IMG/VR virus record: IMGVR_UViG_3300021170_000022
Location: 1 to 58,478 of that record
DNA: 58,478 bases
Reading direction: 5' to 3' (one strand)
From: a virus
Taxonomy: Duplodnaviria; Caudoviricetes
The position numbers and the translations under genes are program-made. Every line of letters starts with the position of its first letter. Within the stretch, counting starts at the first letter, position 1. The notes under the pieces are model-generated. The model was not told where the DNA came from, made no database searches, and was given only the letters and a program-made list of their open reading frames with translations. Below, in pieces: positions 9,025 through 16,933 of the stretch.

Positions 9025-10643
9025 CAGCGGCCCTTCGCTTTCTTCGGGCCCGTCTTCGCTGGCGACGCTTTCTTTTCCTTAGCCACCGCTTCGCCCTTAC
9101 GCGATTTACGCAACGACGCCTCAAACCGGCCAATCAACGGCCCCGACACCTTCTTTTTTAGCGCCGCCTGGTCGATCCCCAGCAACTTGACGGCGTCCTT
9201 GTCGATGTTGGTCCAACGCAAGCTGACAGCTGCCGCTAGAAACGCCAGGTAATCTCCAAGACGCCGGCGAGCCTTCAGGCCCGCTAACAAAGGCCCCGCA
9301 AAATCGGTGGAGTGCTTGCTCTTGATTCCCTCGACCCCCAGCGCCGCGGACAGCTCACGCTGATCGTCGTGACCCATCCTTTCGATAAGCGATTTGCCGA
9401 TGTAACGAATGAGCCGGTGCGGGTTCGCACCGTTAGTCTCCGTGATCTCCCGCAGCACCGCCCGCCTCGTCTCCATTTCGATCCGCGCATCGAGCAGTTG
9501 GCGCTTTCGTTTGAGCTGCTCGGAGGCAGACGCTTTCGGCACTACTCCGCCGCCCTGGTGCTGGCCGAGCTGCCGCCAGTGCTTCTTGCATGTCTTCGTC
9601 CGGCAGATCTCCAGCTTCTCCCCCACGCGGCCACGCCCCATCACCACCACGGCCGCCTCAACATGCTCGCAGCGATCCTTTTTGCTTACCTCGCGAAAGG
9701 CGTCTCGCCCGATCGAGCCCTTTTCGATCTCGTAATCGGTGCTCACCCGCACCACCGGCTTGCCTTCCTGTTTGCCGGTCTCGACCACACGCGCAATCAG
9801 CGCCGCGCGCTTGGCCTGATAACAGCTCGAATCTGTGCAGAAATCGCCCTTCTTAATGTCGTCGAACAGCGTAGGGTTGGATCCGGTCCGCTTGGGACAC
9901 GCGCTGCACGCTCCAGCCACCGGCAGCAGCTCGGCGTCGTCTTTCTTCCAGGGCGCCGCACTCAGATCCAGCAGAATCTCTTCGCGAACGGTTCGCTCGA
10001 GCTGTCCAACTGTGATGTCCGCGGGAACGTCAAAGTTTGGGACTCTCCCACCCTTTCCCCAACGGGTCTCGAAACACTCGCCGAACGCCTTCATCTGATC
10101 GACGCTCGATCCCAACCTGGCGATCGCCAGCGCATGCCCGATACTGATCCGGCCAGCCAGGAACGCATCTTTCACTTCTCGCGGGATCCGCACCAGCGTA
10201 AGCCGCTTGTAGACATAGCTCCGGTCTTTACCGACCCGCTCCGCGATCCATTCTGGCGTGTATTCTTTGTCGATTTTCATCAGCCGCGCATACCCTTCGG
10301 CTTCTTCCACCGGATGCACGTCCTCGCGCTGCAGATTCTCGATTAGTTGGATCTCCAGCACCTGCTCTTCCGTAAGGGTCGCCACCCGCGCTGGAATCGC
10401 CGTTAGCCCGGCCAACTTCGCCGCGCGCAAGCGGCGCGACCCCGCAATGACGCGGTAATCGTCCTTGGCCATCTCCTGGACTACTAACGGCTCGACCACG
10501 CCCAGCGGATTAGCCTTGATCGATTCACTCAGCTCATGCAGTTTCTTCGGATCGTAAGTCTTGCGCGGATTCGTCTCCGATTCGCGAATCATCGCGATCG
10601 GCAGCGCGGCTTCGTAACGAGACACTTCTGGCATAGCGTTCAT
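9024..10643 (-). CDS. ParB/RepB/Spo0J-like protein (long, PRTRC-ParB-like)
   Basis: NPRK, AGSRRLRA, IENLQREDV, HTH, C-x2-C-P-K-R zinc site. Confidence 0.9.
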   Translation of the reverse strand: MNAMPEVSRYEAALPIAMIRESETNPRKTYDPKKLHELSESIKANPLGVVEPLVVQEMAKDDYRVIAGSRRLRAAKLAGLTAIPARVATLTEEQVLEIQLIENLQREDVHPVEEAEGYARLMKIDKEYTPEWIAERVGKDRSYVYKRLTLVRIPREVKDAFLAGRISIGHALAIARLGSSVDQMKAFGECFETRWGKGGRVPNFDVPADITVGQLERTVREEILLDLSAAPWKKDDAELLPVAGACSACPKRTGSNPTLFDDIKKGDFCTDSSCYQAKRAALIARVVETGKQEGKPVVRVSTDYEIEKGSIGRDAFREVSKKDRCEHVEAAVVVMGRGRVGEKLEICRTKTCKKHWRQLGQHQGGGVVPKASASEQLKRKRQLLDARIEMETRRAVLREITETNGANPHRLIRYIGKSLIERMGHDDQRELSAALGVEGIKSKHSTDFAGPLLAGLKARRRLGDYLAFLAAAVSLRWTNIDKDAVKLLGIDQAALKKKVSGPLIGRFEASLRKSRKGEAVAKEKKASPAKTGPKKAKGR

Positions 10644-10678
10644 AAAATGGATCCACTCTGTAAAAAAAATAAACGGCG

Positions 10679-10978
10679 CTATTCGCGCACTCGCTCGCGG
10701 ACCGCCCGGTCGCGATTCCCGCGCGACTCCCGAGGATCGGGACGCGATTCCTGAACATTCAGCTTGCGGCCCATGAACTCTTTCTGGTCCAGCTCGCGGA
10801 CGGCGCGCATTCCATCCGACGCCGAATCGATCTCGACGAAGGCGAATCCGCGTGATCTTCCGGAATCCTTGTCCGTGATCACTTTCACCGAGTTGGGGCT
10901 GAACCCCGCCATCTCGAAAAAGGCATCGAGATCCTCATCCTTGGCGTCATAGTTCACGTTCGAAATAAACAATTTCAC
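10679..10978 (-). CDS. RRM RNA-binding protein
   Basis: RNP2 KLFISNV, RNP1 RGFAFVEI, GRKLNVQES. Confidence 0.92.
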   Translation of the reverse strand: MKLFISNVNYDAKDEDLDAFFEMAGFSPNSVKVITDKDSGRSRGFAFVEIDSASDGMRAVRELDQKEFMGRKLNVQESRPDPRESRGNRDRAVRERVRE

Positions 10979-11250
10979 TGGCCCGCTCCTTTGAATTTGA
11001 AAATGCGGCGCGCGCGGCGAACACCGCCCCTAAAAAGACGAATGCCATTTTCCAAGAAATGGCCCGCACGCGCCGCGAACGCCGGCCAGCTCAGGTTGGG
11101 AAGGAAACCGGCGGATAATTCTTCGTCGCGCCACGCCAGCAGCACCAGCCACATCAGCACCAGCGTAATCGCCATGAAGGCTACGCGCGCAATCACCGCG
11201 AGGATGAACATGACGTCCTCCAGCGCCGCGGCGTCGAGTAGCCAGGTCAT
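10975..11250 (-). CDS. hypothetical membrane protein
   Basis: Long hydrophobic segment; coupled ORF. Confidence 0.55.
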   Translation of the reverse strand: MTWLLDAAALEDVMFILAVIARVAFMAITLVLMWLVLLAWRDEELSAGFLPNLSWPAFAARAGHFLENGIRLFRGGVRRARRIFKFKGAGQ

Positions 11251-12047
11251 GCCGCGGCCTGGCCCTCAATGAGACGGTCGAGGAGAGCAAATCCAGAATC
11301 GATCGAAGCTGCCTTGAGCGGCGCAATTCGTTCCCTGATCGTAGCTTTCAGTTCCTCTACCGTTGCTCCTTTGTTTTTCGCAGACGCGTTCGACGCGGCG
11401 ACCGCGGCGAACGCGTCGACCGCGGCGAACGCGGCGAACGCGGCGAACGCGGCGACCGCGGCGAACGCGTCGACCGCGGCGAACGCGTCGACCGCGGCGA
11501 ACGCGGCGAACGCGTCGAACGCGGCGAACGCGTCGACCGCGGCGAACGCGGCGAACGCGTCGAACGCGGCAGGAGGCAGCTTGGCACAATAAGCGGACCT
11601 GGCTGCGAGCGTAGCCTTCTTCGCATTAGCGAAGAGCGGCCGCGCCGAAGCCAGGTCCTTTGTGGTTTTTATTGGCGCTATCTCGCGCAGAATGCGAGCG
11701 TGCTCCTTTAGCTCTTGCACTTGATCGAGCCAGAAGGGCGTTCCCTCGCGGACTAGCCAATCCGCAGCCAAGTAACAACGGGCCTTACTTTTGCCGTCAT
11801 TCGCGGTATTCAGCAACCGCGCCAGATAGGGCTTGAGACGTTGCCGATTCTCATCGTCCAGCCGGTCATTAAACGGGCTGACAAATCTCCGCAGAACCGG
11901 ACACACACAAACAGGATTGGCCGTGTGCTTTTCGCCCGCTAGCCATGCCGCCGCCTCGAGCGCGCATATGCCCTCGTCGCGGCTTCGATGCGTACCGCGA
12001 AGCAGAATGATCTTCTCGATATCTGGAATAGCCACAGCCGATGTCAT
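11247..12047 (-). CDS. hypothetical protein with Ala-rich tripeptide repeat
   Basis: CALEAAAWLAGEKHTANPVCVCPV N-terminal motif, then [A/D]A[F/V] repeats. Confidence 0.75.
   Translation of the reverse strand: MTSAVAIPDIEKIILLRGTHRSRDEGICALEAAAWLAGEKHTANPVCVCPVLRRFVSPFNDRLDDENRQRLKPYLARLLNTANDGKSKARCYLAADWLVREGTPFWLDQVQELKEHARILREIAPIKTTKDLASARPLFANAKKATLAARSAYCAKLPPAAFDAFAAFAAVDAFAAFDAFAAFAAVDAFAAVDAFAAVAAFAAFAAFAAVDAFAAVAASNASAKNKGATVEELKATIRERIAPLKAASIDSGFALLDRLIEGQAAA
11400..11570 (-). repeat. 19 x 9-bp tandem repeat
   Basis: Units G(C/A)C GCG (T/G)TC encoding AAF, DAF or AAV. Confidence 0.9.
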
Positions 12048-12067
12048 AGGTTTCTTCGCCCTCCTGC

Positions 12068-12481
12068 CTATGCTGCCTGCGCCACCACATTGAAACGCAT
12101 GACGAATTGGTTGTCGCCCGAGGTCAGTTCCGCCGGCACGCTCGTCGCGCCGTCGTCGATGCTCTTGCATGCCGATAACAGCTCATCGAACTGACCGCGC
12201 CATGCCGTCAGTTGCTGAGAGTCCCCGTGCTGCTCATTCTCTGTCCCGTCCTGCGGACCGAGCTTTGTGAAGAAATGCCGCATCCCAGCAGCATCCAGAA
12301 TGTCGATCTGTTTGTTATCGTCCGAGCCAATGAAATCCGCCGCGGCTTTTTTCTGCGCAGCCAGGTTCTCATCGTCGGTTCCATCCTGCGGAGCCGCCGC
12401 GATCGCGGCATCGTAGCCCCTCAGCACGGAAAGCAAATCATTGAAATTCGACCGCGTTACGGTCATCGAATCTTCAGTCAC
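12068..12481 (-). CDS. acidic hypothetical protein
   Basis: AAGGAG RBS; internal duplication APQDGTDDEN / GPQDGTENE. Confidence 0.65.
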   Translation of the reverse strand: MTEDSMTVTRSNFNDLLSVLRGYDAAIAAAPQDGTDDENLAAQKKAAADFIGSDDNKQIDILDAAGMRHFFTKLGPQDGTENEQHGDSQQLTAWRGQFDELLSACKSIDDGATSVPAELTSGDNQFVMRFNVVAQAA

Positions 12482-12523
12482 ATCGTCTCCTTGAAAATTA
12501 AGAACAAAAATCTCAGAACGGTT

Positions 12524-12952
12524 TTAGAACGGAACGTCCTCGTCGCTGATCCCGCCCTTCGGCACCTTTGCGCTTGCCCTTTGCGCATCGGAACCTTCGC
12601 TGCCAGCCGGTGAATTCTGCCCAGGCTGACCGCCCAGCAGCAGTACCTCGTCCGCGATCACTTCCGTCACCCACGCCTTCGCGTCGTCCTTTTCGTAGCT
12701 CCGGGTCTGCAGCCGGCCCTCGACGTACACCTGCTTGCCCTTGGTCAGATACGGCCCAAGCTTTTCGCTACGCCACAGCACCACATTGGTCCACTCTGTC
12801 GCTTCTTTCCATTCCCCGCTCGCCTGATCTTTCCAGCGCCGGTTCGTTGCCACCGAAAACTTAGTGACCGCAACCTGCGAGGCCGTGAACGCCGTTTCCG
12901 CATCGCGCCCTAGGTGGCCGATCAGGATCACTTTGTTGACGCTGCGAGCCAC
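12524..12952 (-). CDS. ssb: single-stranded DNA-binding protein
   Basis: SVNKVILIGHLGRD, VYVEGRLQTRSY, C-terminal DEDVPF. Confidence 0.96.
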   Translation of the reverse strand: MARSVNKVILIGHLGRDAETAFTASQVAVTKFSVATNRRWKDQASGEWKEATEWTNVVLWRSEKLGPYLTKGKQVYVEGRLQTRSYEKDDAKAWVTEVIADEVLLLGGQPGQNSPAGSEGSDAQRASAKVPKGGISDEDVPF

Positions 12953-12955
12953 CGT

Positions 12956-13150
12956 TTATGCCGCCTTCCCGATCGTGTCTAGCCAATCGATCACGCAGTA
13001 CGCTTCCTCGCGCGTCAGCTCGGCCAGTTCGGTCCGCTCGAAGTTGGCCAAAATGTAGTCCTTGACCGTGACCTCTGACGTCCGGCTGCTCGCCTGCAAG
13101 ATCGCAATGCAGCGCAACTGGTCTGCCGTGGCCAGTGCCAGCTTGGTCAC
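12956..13150 (-). CDS. hypothetical protein
   Basis: AT..Q...I ... L.ELT.EEA..VI..L motif. Confidence 0.55.
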   Translation of the reverse strand: MTKLALATADQLRCIAILQASSRTSEVTVKDYILANFERTELAELTREEAYCVIDWLDTIGKAA

Positions 13151-13254
13151 GCCGCCGCCCTCAACGCCAGACAGCAAGCCGTTCCAACTCCGGCCATGAA
13201 AATCGCCACCGCTGCGCACACTACCATCAGCGTCCGATTCCGCGGATCGCTCAA
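13147..13254 (-). CDS. small hydrophobic protein (35 aa)
   Basis: Manual translation MSDPRNRTLMVVCAAVAIFMAGVGTACCLALRAAA; 4-bp overlaps with both neighbours. Confidence 0.4.
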   Translation of the reverse strand: MSDPRNRTLMVVCAAVAIFMAGVGTACCLALRAAA

Positions 13255-13448
13255 CATTTGTTTTCTCCCTTATCGCGGTTCAGTGCCGTGAGCGCCTTGA
13301 TGATGCGGTCCGCTTCCTCGCCGGTCAAATCCGTGATCTTTTCAATCGGACGCCGCACCGTCTCGCGAGCCATGCGCAGGATCTCTTCGCCAGGCACGTC
13401 CAGACTGACCGCCAGCTGCTCGATCGCTTTGAATTGCTCGACGGTCAC
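13251..13448 (-). CDS. hypothetical protein
   Basis: T..Q..AI..L ... I.DLT.EEA..II..L motif. Confidence 0.6.
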   Translation of the reverse strand: MTVEQFKAIEQLAVSLDVPGEEILRMARETVRRPIEKITDLTGEEADRIIKALTALNRDKGENKC

Positions 13449-13723
13449 GCGGCCTTCCTCTCCAGGCGATCCACTAGAAGACCGACAACCTCGCGAACGG
13501 TCACGCCATGATTACGCGCAATCCGGCGCACGTCGCGCGTCCTGATCACCTGCCGGATGACCAGCTCGGCGCGGCATTCCAAAAGCCTGCCGGCCGGGCG
13601 ACTGCCGCTGGCAAGTGGCGCAGATGGAGGAGGTTGCGGCTCCGGTGCATTGCTCTTAGCCGGGAAATCCAGCACCCTGTTTGAGATGATAGGCTTGCGA
13701 TCAACTAAATCCTTACGCGGCAT
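13445..13723 (-). CDS. hypothetical protein with possible C-terminal HTH
   Basis: DVRRIARNHGVTVREVVGLL. Confidence 0.55.
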   Translation of the reverse strand: MPRKDLVDRKPIISNRVLDFPAKSNAPEPQPPPSAPLASGSRPAGRLLECRAELVIRQVIRTRDVRRIARNHGVTVREVVGLLVDRLERKAA

Positions 13724-13910
13724 TCGATCTCTCCGAATCCGTCGGTGTGGATGGCTTAGGTCCAAGGAACGCCCCGAGAGCCTCCTCAACCACGGAGCCC
13801 ATGTCCTTTCCGAGCCGGGCCGCTTCCGCCTTCAGGTGACGCCGCAGGGAGTCGCGTACTGTCACCGCCAGCATCACCTGTTTCTCTTGTACCTGTGGTA
13901 TCTTTCGCAT
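13713..13910 (-). CDS. ribbon-helix-helix regulator (Cro position)
   Basis: VMLAVTVRDSLRRHLKAEAARLGKDMGSVVEEALGAFL; first gene of the leftward operon. Confidence 0.75.
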   Translation of the reverse strand: MRKIPQVQEKQVMLAVTVRDSLRRHLKAEAARLGKDMGSVVEEALGAFLGPKPSTPTDSERSNAA

Positions 13911-13933
13911 TGGTTCAATCGGTACCGAAAAGG

Positions 13934-13962
13934 ATTATTGCGTAGCTACATCACTATGTCAA
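13934..13962 (-). promoter_or_regulatory. sigma70-like early promoter
   Basis: - strand TTGACA-N17-AATAAT; palindromes TCGGTACCGA (13919-13928) and GTAGCTAC (13942-13949) nearby. Confidence 0.6.
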
Positions 13963-13996
13963 TACGTTGGGATGTAATAACGCCGCTAAGTATCTG

Positions 13997-14353
13997 ATGC
14001 CACGGCAGAAAAAAATATTCGGAGAGGTCGTTCGCACCACCGCCCTAATCCCCAAAGACTTGTACGGATACTTTTTCGAGGGCAGAAAAGAACATGTAGC
14101 CTCCACAATCAACGAAGCATTGGCCACTCTGAGAGCTGCCCGACAAGCCAAATCAGGACACAAACCGACTCCCCAGCCGATCTCGACCAACGAGCCGGAC
14201 CGCTGGCATCGGATGCTGTCGGCCATCCTGGCGTCCGGTGACACGGAGGTCATTCAGGCAATTCAGCAGAATCTCAAGGCTTTTTCACGCGTCTCGCAAC
14301 TTTTCTCCCCGAAACCGACAAGGAAGGAACGAGCCGTGGAGCGGGGGGGCTAA
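13997..14353 (+). CDS. putative repressor (RHH-like, CI position)
   Basis: Divergent from the RHH gene; VRTTALIPKDLY...VASTINEAL; no S24 peptidase domain visible. Confidence 0.55.
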   Translation: MPRQKKIFGEVVRTTALIPKDLYGYFFEGRKEHVASTINEALATLRAARQAKSGHKPTPQPISTNEPDRWHRMLSAILASGDTEVIQAIQQNLKAFSRVSQLFSPKPTRKERAVERGG

Positions 14354-14578
14354 CCAAGTGATTGAAGCAATCCACACAGAGCACGCGGGGCCGCCCAGCA
14401 GACAGCAGCACATAGAGGTTCATCAGCACCAATTGGCGTCCTCCGATCTTTCTTTCCAGGACTGGAATCTCCGACGCACACTCGGAACAAGGACCTATCA
14501 GGGCCAGCACCCGCTGATGATGCACCAACTTTCACAGCCGATCAATGGGCGATTTCACCTATTTGCCACGAGGTTTTC

Positions 14579-15013
14579 ATGAAATGCATCGAATTCCTAG
14601 TTTTGGCGTGCGTCTTCGCTAGCTTTGCCAACGCCCAAGACAGGCCACGGGTCTTTGTCGGTGAATCGGAAACATTTTTCGCCAGCTCTTTCGGAAGCGC
14701 TCTAGCCACGGGCAATAGCGCCAGCGCTGCGCACACCTCAGCAGCTGGAATTGAAAAGATGACCGTGCTCACAATGAAGGCGCTTAACGACAAATGCCCT
14801 GCAGTAACCGTGGTGAACCAACCGGATAAAGCCGATTATTTTCTAAGACTGGACCGCAACGGGTTCCTTATACGCTCAAGTGCAATCGCCGTCTTCAATC
14901 GAAGCGGCGAGATGGTTTTCGTCGCAGCAGGCGTCAACCTCGGTAAGGAAATTAAGCGGTTCTGTAGCGGCATTCCTTACCAAACCAAACCGGCAGCTTC
15001 CGTTAAGCCCTGA
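14579..15013 (+). CDS. secreted protein (probable lysogenic conversion gene)
   Basis: Signal peptide ...ASFANA|Q; two Cys in the mature part; GAGG RBS. Confidence 0.75.
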   Translation: MKCIEFLVLACVFASFANAQDRPRVFVGESETFFASSFGSALATGNSASAAHTSAAGIEKMTVLTMKALNDKCPAVTVVNQPDKADYFLRLDRNGFLIRSSAIAVFNRSGEMVFVAAGVNLGKEIKRFCSGIPYQTKPAASVKP

Positions 15014-15079
15014 ATATGCACTTGCGTTTCAGCACGCGGATTTGATAAAGTTCAGGCCGTCAGACCGAGGAATGACGAC

Positions 15080-15424
15080 ATGAATTCAGTACGCATTTGG
15101 CTTTTGCGGTTGGCGGCTATAGCAGCGATCCTCTTCGGAGTCGCATCTCTCTACGATTCCTATCAGGATTTTTCATGGGGACGCCTCGCGATCGCCGAAA
15201 CCGGAGGCCTCTCTTCCATTTCCACCACGATCGTGGGCGAGATCGCAACCCAATCCGAAATCAAGAACCGAGACGGCCGAGCCGCCCAAAACGCCGGCCT
15301 GCTTCTAATCGGCGTCGGCCTGCTTCTTGAGGCGATAGCTGCAGCCTTAAAAAAGCTAACAATCAACCAGAGCCCGGAAGCCGTCGGCCTCGCAGCCGAA
15401 TGGCGCGCCGCAGGAACGCCTTAA
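15080..15424 (+). CDS. two-TM membrane protein
   Basis: Two hydrophobic helices. Confidence 0.65.
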   Translation: MNSVRIWLLRLAAIAAILFGVASLYDSYQDFSWGRLAIAETGGLSSISTTIVGEIATQSEIKNRDGRAAQNAGLLLIGVGLLLEAIAAALKKLTINQSPEAVGLAAEWRAAGTP

Positions 15425-16926
15425 TGGAAAATTGGAAATCCGTAGGACGGAGCCGCAGCAGCTGCGCTTTGAACGGCCCCAATATCCAGGCCGCCCGTTG
15501 TAGTCCCTGCCGGAAAAGCTCCAGGCCAACAGGCTCCTCGAGCTGCCGCGCCACCACCGGCTGTATTGTTCAGCGAGTAATCGCCGCCGCCGCTGTTAGT
15601 GAATGGTCCCGCGCTTAAGGTGACATCGCCATTACCCGCCGCTAAATTATTGATGTTTCCGCTGCCATTTGACCCATACGCGTTCGTCCTGTTGAGCATG
15701 ATCGCACCCGGACTAGAAGGAGCATTCACGCCCCATCCTGTATTTCCATAAACGAGGTTGCAATCCATCGATAAGGACGCTGCACCCAAGAGGGAAGTCG
15801 CAATCGTCACTCCGTCGCTTGAATTGTTGGCGATCGTGTTGTTGTGGAGATCTAACTGGGGGCCCGCCGTGGCTGCAGCCAACCCATGCGTTGCGTTTAT
15901 GCCGTGCACATTGGAAACGATGACATTTCCGATGAATTGTGCGTACCATCCGCCCACGGCAGAGTGCGCCCCAAAGGTAAATCCATCGCCGCCGCAGCCG
16001 TGAATATAGTTATTTTTGAAAATGCCGCCTTCCGTATTGATAATACAGTGGCTCACGGAACCAGTCAGCTCGGAGCTGCGAATAGCTAAGTACTGCATCG
16101 GAAAATCAACCTGATCTTCCCCGTTGACCAGCACGTTACATCCAGAAAGTTTGGAATTCGCAATTGTGAGCCCTACCCAAGTATTCGTGGCGTGAAAGCA
16201 GTCTCCCTTGGTCGCTGCCGTGCTGTTGACGGTAATATTGCAGAACATGGTGTAATTGGACGCGTTCGGCCCATTGTTGAAAATGTTCACCGAGTTCGTG
16301 GAACTCGTGATCAACGGCCTGGTATCGCTCTGCGCTTCGCAGTTCGATATCGTGTGATGGCTTGTCTGGTAGCCGATGAGCGCGTAATTTTGCAGCGTAG
16401 TATTGCCAAGGCTACTCGTTATGGTATACGTGCCAGCCTTGAGATGCCCTATGTTGCCATTCACTGCGCTCGAATAAAACTTTGATATTGTCAACAGCGG
16501 TCCGCCGATCACGCCCACGCAGACATTGCCGCTCGACCCCATCGCGCGATCAAAGGTGCCGGTCCCGGACGCCTGACTGTTTAACTCATAAAGACCAGTT
16601 GAGCAGCCGGATCCGCTCGCAATCAAAATGCAGTTGCCTGGACCGTGAGTAGTGCTCGTGAACGCCGGCGACCCGGTTCCCGTCGTGCCGGTTCCCGTCA
16701 GCGTAATGGTAATCGCCGTTCCCGCCCCCTGACTCTCATCGGTGCCCGGGTTTGCCACAGATGGATCAAAACATCCGGCATTCGTGTCCGCCCCACCGGT
16801 TTGAATATCGAAGTTGGCCGTCGACGCGATCGCCAGCGGAAATCCCAACCTAAACGAGCTGGCCTCAACAACCTGACAGAGCAGGATGAGCCAGATCCCG
16901 AGAAGCGCTTTGAAGTGGTTTTTCAT
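15421..16926 (-). CDS. right-handed beta-helix (pectin-lyase-like) tailspike-like protein with signal peptide
   Basis: Repeating Asn/Ile/Gly rungs (NNYIHGC, GNVIVSNVHGI, NNTIANNSSDG), DYSL...LDIGAVQ C-terminus, hydrophobic N-terminus, 12 mature Cys. Confidence 0.75.
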   Translation of the reverse strand: MKNHFKALLGIWLILLCQVVEASSFRLGFPLAIASTANFDIQTGGADTNAGCFDPSVANPGTDESQGAGTAITITLTGTGTTGTGSPAFTSTTHGPGNCILIASGSGCSTGLYELNSQASGTGTFDRAMGSSGNVCVGVIGGPLLTISKFYSSAVNGNIGHLKAGTYTITSSLGNTTLQNYALIGYQTSHHTISNCEAQSDTRPLITSSTNSVNIFNNGPNASNYTMFCNITVNSTAATKGDCFHATNTWVGLTIANSKLSGCNVLVNGEDQVDFPMQYLAIRSSELTGSVSHCIINTEGGIFKNNYIHGCGGDGFTFGAHSAVGGWYAQFIGNVIVSNVHGINATHGLAAATAGPQLDLHNNTIANNSSDGVTIATSLLGAASLSMDCNLVYGNTGWGVNAPSSPGAIMLNRTNAYGSNGSGNINNLAAGNGDVTLSAGPFTNSGGGDYSLNNTAGGGAAARGACWPGAFPAGTTTGGLDIGAVQSAAAAAPSYGFPIFH

Positions 16927-16933
16927 GGGTTCC

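Noticed and set aside
11266-11626. Arg/Ser/Pro-rich alternative ORFs and a possible CRISPR array
   Set aside because: They are shadow frames of a 9-bp coding minisatellite; there are no spacers or cas genes.
14274-14528. CxxC...CxxC ORF on the - strand (also contains an SPP)
   Set aside because: It overlaps the putative repressor in antisense by 80 bp and has no clear RBS; possible but unsupported, so it was excluded from the features and SPP count.
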